A stretch of DNA of 64,000 nt, from NCBI GenBank assembly GCA_040954595.2, contig CM082593.2, forward strand, positions 8,220,043 to 8,284,042, read 5' to 3'. Positions 55,325 through 64,000 of the stretch are shown here, piece by piece (the stretch's first letter is position 1; the number at the start of each line of letters is the position of its first letter). The notes under the pieces are model-generated. The model ran no database searches and was not told the origin of the DNA. It saw nothing but the letters and a program-made list of their open reading frames with translations. This DNA comes from Balanoglossus misakiensis. Lineage: Eukaryota > Animalia > Hemichordata. The position numbers and the translations under genes are program-made.

Positions 55325-55637
55325 TATTATACCAGTATATTGATGGTGTAAATCACGCTATTTGATTGGTCGAGGCACGACACGTGACCGTGATATATTA
55401 GCCATATACCACAGTCATATATCATAGTTAAAGAAAATGCCTTTTTAAAATGTTTTATGCAAAGTTTCAATATACTGGCATAATATAATAGCAATAAAAC
55501 ACCCCCAGCCATGGTATACCACTCGATTTTGACCAGTTCAACTCCATATACGCACTCGCTATCGCTCATGCGTATATGTCGTGAACTGGTCAAAATCTCG
55601 TGATATACCATGGCTGGGGGTGTTTTATTGCTTAAAT
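55325..55637. mobile_element. Non-autonomous element with 143 bp subterminal hairpin (55490-55632), possibly Crypton-like
   Basis: agcaataaaacacccccagccatggtat..gattttgaccagttca pairs with tgaactggtcaaaatc..ataccatggctgggggtgttttattgct. Superfamily assignment is recollection only; outer bounds approximate. Confidence 0.6.
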
Positions 55638-58300
55638 AATTCATATGCATTTGCTTAATTTGGGATTTTATGTCTGGATGTAATTCTTATTCTAGGAAGA
55701 TTTAAATTGTACCTAGACAGACATTGGTAGCTGTAACAAGGCAAAAAGCCCTTTGCTCAAATACTGCTGTTCAAATAGTGTTAACCTCTGTTATTACCAG
55801 ATATTTGATGTGAAAAGAGAGAAATTTCACCTAAGAAAACCCCTTCAATTCAAACAATTCCATACTGTTCGAACCAATGTTAACTATCTTGAAAAATTCT
55901 ATGATAAAGCCAAGAAGCACTTAGAGTATAAATGTGACAGGAAATCCTTTCGATTTGGACAAAAGACAAACATTTATAAATTATTATATTATACATAACT
56001 AGTCAGCTTGTGCTGAACAATATCATCTTTGAATTTTCACATTGTATATATGTATCACACCAACAATTCACCTGGCCGGGATGCCATATGCAATAATACA
56101 TTGAATTGCCCTTGAAATACACAGGCAGGAAATCGTTTTGGACTACATCAAACTAAGCCAGGTAGCTAATCTCATAGTCCATTAACTCTCCAGTAACACA
56201 TCAACATTACTCTGTTCAAACTCATTTTCATGTTTCTTCTTCGATTTGATTTGTATCGGGAGTAAAAAGGAACAGATTCACAATTTCTTACTTTAAATTT
56301 TGCAAAATACAAACATGAATCGTATGCTTGTAATTGTAACAATCAGACACTTGACAACACAGGCATTCCATTCATGTCAAAAATGAAAGTCACAAAGACA
56401 TGTTCTGAAGGGATCAAAACATAACTTCGCTTTATTATATAAATCTGTCATGAAGAAATCAAGAAAAATGGTTATTCCATGCTAATTAGGATCATTGTTA
56501 TGCTAATGAATTTTTCAGAGAAATTAAACTTTACAAGCTTTTGTACATGTGTGTAATCTTTCTCAATCTTTGTCAATTCCATCATTCATATTCAAATTTC
56601 CTCAAAGGTGTGTTACCCAACCCTATTTATCATACAACATGTTGTAGGCCAGGGCACTCTAACTGCATGGGGATTACATGTATTTTGCTTGGCGAAGCTT
56701 AATTTTGTATTTTGCTCTGCGCAAAACATTTCACTATAGCTAGCCATTAGAATAACTGACAACAATGACTTGCATATATATGTTCAGCCATGTCAGTCGC
56801 AGCTTTCCAAAAGTGAAGGAATCTGATGCACCCATGACATCCTGTCTCCCGGTTGCTAGGCAACCATCACTAGTGATGGGTGAGGTACACGGAACAGATT
56901 CCTTACATGTTGAGATCATTCTATCAAAATGCCATTTACTGGACTGTAAATTACTTTAACCCGACTGTCAACTTTTTTTTTTCTGCCATGATCACAAAGT
57001 GCCCTTGGTCTTGACATTGTGATAAATCAACCTGAGCTGTACACCCAGTCTTGTCAACACGAATTTTCGAGCTTACATCCTTTTCTCATCAATGACAACA
57101 ATTATCTGAAAGTAAAAGCAAATCCTGAATCCAAGGGGACAAGCACAGACTGCAGATGTACGACAATGTTTTTAACGACAGTATCACTTATCATTCCCTT
57201 TTTTGACATCATGGAGAACTACAGGTGAAAGTCTTACATTTCAAATAACCTTAAATAATGTAAACATACCTGTATATCACAAAATGTAATTATAAAAAAA
57301 AATATTAAAAATCCATTATCTATCAGCTGTACATTCTTGTTACTGGTTCTGATCAATCAAACCTGTAGTCGCTGCAAATTGACCATTTTAAAATGGAAAT
57401 GATTAATCAGAAAATTAAACAGGAATTCAGTTCTCATTCCCTGCAGCGACATGAGTTGACAAATTACCAAATACTGAATTCATTGCTGAAGAGTGTGACT
57501 TCAACCACTGTCAATATTCTCAGAAACTGATTTCTTCCATACAGACACAACATACCTGCACAACTTTGCAGCGTTTTCACTTGGATTCCAGATATTTCAT
57601 CACAGATTTCGCATTTATTATCTGGTGTAGCAAGACATTTTTCCTGATATTAATGCGTTAATAGAATACAACTCTTCAAACAGAATAAAGCACATTGTTT
57701 GGGAGGAATTTTACTTAATTTTCAATGATTTTCTTGATCTGTTCTATCGTTCAATTATTATAATTTTCATGGCAGATTTTGACAATGAATCCTACAAAAA
57801 AAAATGCCACCTTCCCATTTCATAAAATATGTACCTCAGAAATCCTGAGGTCAAACATAGACACTCTGTGTATTGCAGCTATGCCTTTTACAATAGCTCA
57901 CTATATATTTTGAACAAAACTGACAACCAAGGTAGAATTTTCATCTCAAGCAAAAACAGAAATATATTGATAAAGATACCGAAGAGAAGTTGAACCAAAT
58001 ATTATGTGTAGGACAGAAAGCAAACCAATTTCCAGGTGCAATGTGGTTACTTTTGCATTATTGCATGATAACAAATCTACAGTATACATGTATGAGAGAG
58101 GCTTCGGGTAAAAATCCATATGCAGGCAATTTGCAGAGCCCGACAACACACAAAATGATCTATTAGTATTAGACACAGATTATAGCATGAAAATGTCTAT
58201 CGAACAATGGAGAGCGAGAGAGAGAGACTCAAAGAGTGAAAAATCAGATCAGAGTCAGAAATCACAAAAGCTCAATACAAACCAGTGTGGCATGAAACAT

Positions 58301-58386
58301 CCCTTTAACCACCATGGTTTTGTCCAAACCCATTGTTTTCAATAGCAATGCTCGACTTCTGTACAGGGAAATGGGGTGCAATGGTT
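58301..58386 (-). mobile_element. MITE family I, degenerate copy
   Basis: ccctttaaccaccatggttttgtccaaacccattgtttt matches 3983-4022. Confidence 0.65.
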
Positions 58387-58515
58387 TTAAGCAAGTTGCA
58401 GCGTTTAAATAATTTGCAATGTGAATAACCACATATCACACCACCAGTAACCATCAACATTGCATTGTTTTTCTCTCTTTTTTCTCAATGAACAAATCTT
58501 ACAGGATATCTTTAC

Positions 58516-58565
58516 TTTGTTTGTTTGTTTATTTTTTCATTTGTTTGTTTGTTTGTTTGTTTGTT
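58516..58565. repeat. (tttg)n microsatellite, interrupted
   Basis: Direct reading. Confidence 0.9.
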
Positions 58566-58846
58566 AGAAATGCTAAGGAAGCATTTAACTTTTCCTTCAT
58601 TCTTAAACACAATATTTGATCTTCCTCACCTTGTCGGCATCAACCACAATTCTCCATCACCTGAGACAGAAAATACATCCTCCTGACACCTAAAACACGA
58701 AAACTTTCTCCCATTTTGCCACAGCCGGCCATCCAGATATAAACTTTGAACTTTTAGTATACAGTTTCTACAACTGAGGATAGCATATATAGTTGGGCTA
58801 TCACTGGGCTTGCCCAGGCTGGTCTTTGCTTACTCCAGTGCTAACC

Positions 58847-58899
58847 AAAACTACTAGTTTTGGAAACAATGCGGACAAAATACGGCTAGGACTAGGCTA
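58847..58899. mobile_element. One-armed copy of the 27272 hairpin element
   Basis: tagttttggaaacaatgcggacaaaatacggctag..ctaggcta matches 27328-27373; gtgctaacc duplicated on both flanks. Confidence 0.7.
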
Positions 58900-61800
58900 G
58901 TGCTAACCCTGCACTCTACTAATTCACACTAAACTCCAACCTTGCAAACCACTGTCATGTCAACTGTATATGTCATCAGCTTCCATCTGCCAAATACATC
59001 TACATACACTGTGGAACACAATTTTTTTATCTCTTTATAACCCTCCCGTACCCCCATACTCTCACATTCCACAACTCCCACACCATATGAACTCATAAAC
59101 CATCCCACACGGTACATATTTATAAACCACGTCACATATTGTTCCACTTTGAGTACACAGACAGAATAACCATGAAATGAAGGCAAAACTAAAGGTAAAT
59201 GATCATAGAGCTACAATGTAGAGCCAATTGGGTCATGCATGATCTGTCATGGCCACATATGAAAGACCAAAGACTACCCTCAGGTATGTATGCATGCATC
59301 CCTTGGAAGCAAAATATTTGATCTGTCTATTCTTGACCAGTCTAACCCCTAACCAAAACATTTTGAAGAGCAGGGGAGATTTTAAAGAAACTCTACAAGA
59401 AAGAATGCACACTGGATATTGAAATGTGTTTGTACCTTTAGTATGTTAATTTTCAAATTGTGAAAGCTTGTCTGAGGAGACTATTGTCGGGGTTTGCTTA
59501 GCATTGTGATAAGGTGTCTTTATGTTGGTTTCCATTGTGCTTTGCATCTCTGTGGTTAAGTTTGCTTTGAGATTAGTTACATCAGAAAGGGGAGAGCTTC
59601 CGTGACATGTTACTCATCATTCATTAATACTAAGATATCGTTGCTGTCTGGAAAATATCTTACACCTATACCCAGCTGAGCGTTCACTTTCTATCTGTGC
59701 ATGCACACGTGTCTGCAGAGGTCAGAGGTCAAGACACAGTATACACAACCTGGTCAACAGAAACAATGTTACTAAGGGATTTTCCTTTTGATTAGAGAAA
59801 CACAACTGAATAGGGATTTACTGAAAGTGACTTTCGCACAGTGAGACCCCACAAGTATGAACAAACAAAAAACGTGTGAGGACACAAACCAATGCCTCCT
59901 AACCTTTAAAGGTGAACGAATTTCTTTTTCATAATTGCTCACTAAATCAACAGTTGCAATGTCAAGGGGGAACTGTGACCAATAGCAACTACCTAATGCT
60001 TGATTTCATAGTGATGTCACACCAAGCATACATGTACGTGGCTACAATGGGAACTGAACTTACAAATGGCAGTATCACAAATTTATAGGTCTAGTGTTCT
60101 CAGGAATTTCTGATAAAGCAGTGGCTAATTTGTATAATAATGCAATTAATTATCATAATGTTTGACATTGTTTTCCCCAAATTAGCAGGTACTGATGGTG
60201 CTCTTAATTGCCCTGAGGTTATTATGAATTGTCCTGTTTTGTATGTGTGCCCCTGTCTTGACAATCTCAATGAATACACCACATAATAACCGTAGCAAGA
60301 GTCTGTACACTTGTTTGTTTAGATCAATCGTATATGTAATATTAATCACCAGAAAACCTGCATCTTCTTGCAAGTAACTTAGCAATTCTGGAAGCTCAGT
60401 AGAGCTCTTTATCGTGTTTGTTTAGAATGTATTGTGTTTGGTTATTGCATGTTTGACTGCATACATGCTACATCATACACACATACATGTACACACACAC
60501 AGTTGAGTTCAGAATGATAAAAATACAGCATGGTCCATGAGACCAATGGCAAAATTTGGGGGGTGGTGGGGTGACCGTGGGGTGGGGGCATGAAGCCATG
60601 TGTTTTGTGCAAGATATCAGTGGCCAGGCGGTGTATTCAGAAGTATACTGTAAATGCATTAATGGTCACTACCATTTTATGTACTGTTTTTATGTTAGGG
60701 CAAATTCTCTTGGTTCTTAATTCACACACCTGGATATGACACAATTAATTCTATTGTAATTTTACATTTTCGCTGGGACTTTATTTTAGCTGATATTATC
60801 AATCATCAAAAAAAAGTTATATTTTTGCTGATTGATAAGTAAAGTATTTATGTAAGTTTCTAAAAATCCTATCCGCCAACATGCTGCTCAGCTGTGCCAG
60901 CTGTTTGCACTAAGTCCCAGTTTAGCACTTTCTAAAGAGTCAGTTATTTTCAAAAATACCTCCTAAATCCAGCGCTCATGAAATACAGTTAGGTCAACTT
61001 AAAGTCATCCAGTCTGTCACTTCCAGGAAAAAAACAGGTGGGAAAGTTTTAAATATTGACCAACAGCAAATTACATGTGTATGCTTTAAAGTTTAAGAAG
61101 CCTTTAACAGGTATTTTAGTCTTTACAATTATCTTCTATATCAGTGAACTAGTTTCCAGACACCTGCGATTTCCAACTGTAATACTATCTGGCCACTGTC
61201 GTGTTTAGCTTATTGAAACGATATCGCCTGTTCCAGTCTGTATTTCAGCAACAATAACTGCTACCCTTGGTGTCAGTTACGACGACCTTCATGAGAAAAT
61301 CCATTCTCATGATAGTCACAGAATCGGGAGGTGATTCGACTTTGGAGTTTCAAACAACACACCCTGTATTTGTATTAAATCACTAGAGCATTACTGAAGT
61401 AAAAATCGATGTTTTTAAATCGATTTTCGAAAGTTGACGTAAGATCAAAGCTGTCACGACCAAACACTCGACCCAGTCACAAATGCCTTCGCGATCAATA
61501 AAGACCAGTTCAGTGAACCCCCTACCCCCCCCCCCCCCCTATCGGTACAAAATCCTTTGGTCCGTCCACTGGACCGTTCCACTTCACTGACGGTCGGCAA
61601 GCAACATGTCAACTTAGATATTTTGAGTCAGTACACACAACAGAAACAGACAACTAACTAACACATCTTAATTAACTCGTCGTTATTAGATTCACCATCC
61701 ATGTTGCTTCAGTTTGGGGTGATCAGTCAAAAGTTGTGGGAATTATGTAAGAAAAGGTAGACACACAGAGGTGAGCAGTATTATAGTAACGGCGTCAGTC

Positions 61801-62087
61801 ACTGCTCTGCAGCCGTCAGTCTACACACACACAACACGATCGCGATTGAACTGTTGATTGGCGTTCATACCAGACGCCCAGCTGTAAGTTGGTCCAAAGT
61901 CTTTTATAATCCACCAAGTACTAATAAGTCATAAGGTGTGTCCTTAACACGCACGCACAGTTTACATGTCCGTGCAGGAAGGCAAAGGTGATAGGTGGCA
62001 GATCAGGTCGCACACAACAAAATCACAGCACAAGCGACCTTTTCGCAACCATGTAGGGAAGATAGCAAAATAAAGACAGTAGCCTAC

Positions 62088-62362
62088 CTTCGCGACTTGA
62101 CATATTTTTTGAATTGTTGTTTGGTGATTTCTTGTACGGTTCTCTGTGCTTGCGGCTCGGCGGAAATACCTTGGGCACGAAGCCTCTTCCGAGCTGCACC
62201 GCTGATCGCCATGGGTTGGGTAGGCAAGACAGATTTGAATTTATCTAGTTTCGTCCGAAGTTCCATCAACTCGTCATCTTTCACTCGAAGCAAGCGCTCC
62301 AGCTCTTTTATCCTATCATCTTTCTTTCGCAAGATCTTCTGCATCTCTTGTAGGCTCCCCAT
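62088..62362 (-). CDS. PRKG1: cGMP-dependent protein kinase I, first coding exon (leucine zipper plus autoinhibitory region)
   Basis: Translates to MGSLQEMQKILRKKDDRIKELERLLRVKDDELMELRTKLDKFKSVLPTQPMAISGAARKRLRAQGISAEPQAQRTVQEITKQQFKKYVKSR. Heptad L4/L11/I18/L25/L32/L39/L46. RAQGISAEPQ matches the PKG I-alpha pseudosubstrate region. Ends at donor AG|GTAGG in phase 2, at the position equivalent to vertebrate exon 1 (..TKSER|). Confidence 0.93.
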
Positions 62363-62400
62363 TTTGGCTGGGAGACCGGCGATCCCGGTGAAGTATACTC
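62363..62400 (-). other. PRKG1: 5' untranslated part of the exon, preceded by a splice acceptor
   Basis: Minus strand reads ctgttttcctgtgtgtag|GAGTATAC (AG at 62402-62401), 38 nt upstream of the ATG (context ccaaaATGG). Confidence 0.5.
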
Positions 62401-64000
62401 CTACACACAGGAAAACAGTATGCACAGTTTACCGTCAACACTCAAGTCTAGGTTGATCACACACGAATCGTACGTAGTACGCGCACTCAAGTAAATGGAG
62501 CGCCGATATGCATGATATGGACACACTGAGCTATTTCCGGTTACTTGATTTGCATAACAATGTTTACGCACGCTATGGGATGAGCGCTCAAGATTTCCAA
62601 GTAGAACAAGACGTGTGGGATGCAGCTCCGCACACCGATTGACAATTATGTCACCGTGTCAGATTCAGTAACTTAACCAGCTGTTATGATCCCCTCTAAT
62701 TTTACACAAAGAAACATTTTCTAGCCAGGAAACCCTATTTAAAACTGCTCCCGTTGCACGCGTTCGTACAACCGATCACCCCACCTACAATATCATCAGC
62801 TGCTAGAAAATGCGATGACAGTTCAGCGTCAAATCAACCTCGGGGGTTTTATAATATGGACGCGGTTATTATCATCGGTGTACTGTACAACACGAAGGAA
62901 CATTAAATATACGCGGATAAATTATATCAATCGTTTGCCACGTTGATGAAAAGGGGGCGAGCTGTGACTGATTGATGCATGATGATGACTTGCAGTGCGC
63001 TGGGATGGCGCGCCAGTTCTAAAATTACGCTTACTAAGCTTACCATGCTCTAGTAGACGCCCATATTTCCCAAAAGACCACAATAACACAATAAAATCAG
63101 AAACAATTAAATGTGTAAGTTTTTACCATTTTCAGTTTTATCTCTCTGAATCACAGTTGAGTATTTTCGTCGAGTGGGTCGAGTCCACTTTCCAATCATA
63201 GATCTGGCCATTCATTGCTAAAAAGGTAGGCTTAGATACGTACACTGACAATGCAGCATACGGCATATGGTAAATAGGCAAATAGCATATATGTTTTTAA
63301 TTTCAGACTATGATGCAACAATTAGCAAACAATGCAAAACTCATTAGGTTTTGCACAGATTGTAGGCCTACAGTGTTGCAAAGCAGCGCAATTGCAAATT
63401 CGGTGAAGAAGTCATTCTCTCTTTATATCTATGGATGTAACTCTGTATAGGAGCACACAGACCTGTACGCAGAGCTACTATGGATGGTACTTCAGTTACT
63501 AGACACCTTCGGCACTTCAGCCCCACATAAACAGCATACTTTGGAAATCTTTTCGTAACAGGACTGCCGAACCCTTTCAGGGAATTTCCGCTTTTACGTA
63601 TTAAATGATGTAAAAAGGGGGGAGATTTGGTAGAGAGCTGATCATGATGTGTCTGTACAATTCGTGAACGTTGACCTCAAGTCGCAGCCAGGGGCAACAT
63701 CGTCCGCTCGCACAGATTATTACTGTCTCCTAGCGAACTTATTTTCTTATTTTCGGAGAGCAAAGACCTTGGAAGGCGAAAATGGCCATGGGCAGGTCTG
63801 TGCTGCCTTTGAATCACCCCCTTTAATTATATACGTAAGGGCGTCTACAGACTCGTCACACAGTTGGCTCAAATGAGAAGGGGAAAAAAAGGCAAATTTG
63901 GATTATTACCGCCATCAAATTTTGAATGAGAATTCAGCAATTGAAGGTGTGGGTAGTGAATTGAAGACTATGGCAGGGTACTTGTGATACGTCTCTCAAA

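Larger units (their letters stand above)
1..62087 (-). other. PRKG1: Large intron following the first coding exon of PRKG1 (>62 kb, continues past window start)
   Basis: GT donor at 62087-62086. No exon-2-like sequence (IKxAILDNDFMKNL) recognised by eye. Region is AT-rich, CpG-poor and repeat-dense. Confidence 0.75.
61200..64000. promoter_or_regulatory. CpG-rich promoter/5' region of PRKG1
   Basis: CpG dinucleotides visibly more frequent than in the intron; no recognisable MITEs; surrounds the first coding exon. Boundaries approximate. Confidence 0.6.

Noticed and set aside
57557-57622. Possible 66 nt minus-strand cassette exon (CAG|GTATGT)
   Set aside because: In the phase-2 frame of the PKG intron it opens with a stop; no other support.
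62345-62362. N-myristoylation signal (MG start)
   Set aside because: MGSLQE lacks the favoured Ser/Thr at position 6; not supportable from sequence alone.
62363-62425. N-terminal extension of the ORF-track PKG ORF (MHTVFLCVG...)
   Set aside because: Starts at a GTG and runs through a splice-acceptor tract; homology starts at MGSL.
61995-62456. 153 aa plus-strand ORF
   Set aside because: Antisense shadow of the PKG exon; no recognisable protein features.

Overview
AT-rich eukaryotic (metazoan) genomic DNA; the repeat landscape and PKG sequence suggest a marine invertebrate, possibly a deuterostome (inference). The only confidently coding sequence is the first coding exon of a cGMP-dependent protein kinase I gene (PRKG1/foraging/egl-4 family) on the minus strand at 62362-62088. 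It encodes the leucine zipper and the RAQGISAEP pseudosubstrate and lies in a CpG-rich promoter-like zone (~61.2-64 kb). Positions 1-62087 appear to be one very large intron; I did not find exon 2 by eye. The intron is packed with short non-autonomous DNA transposons: TTAA-flanked Kolobok-like and piggyBac-like MITEs, TA-flanked Tc1/mariner-like MITEs, and TAG...CTA hairpins resembling Academ. It also holds a tRNA-derived element, a truncated retro-insertion and microsatellites. Nearly all ORFs in the supplied track are spurious. I see no convincing new multi-gene system. The most interesting signals are: copy-to-copy evidence that the abundant TACATGTA motif is a transposon excision footprint, several nested, chimeric or rearranged MITEs, clusters of RFX, nuclear-receptor and Maf motifs, candidate alternative exons, and a PKG N-terminus mixing alpha and beta features and lacking the redox cysteine. 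All alignments were done by eye.
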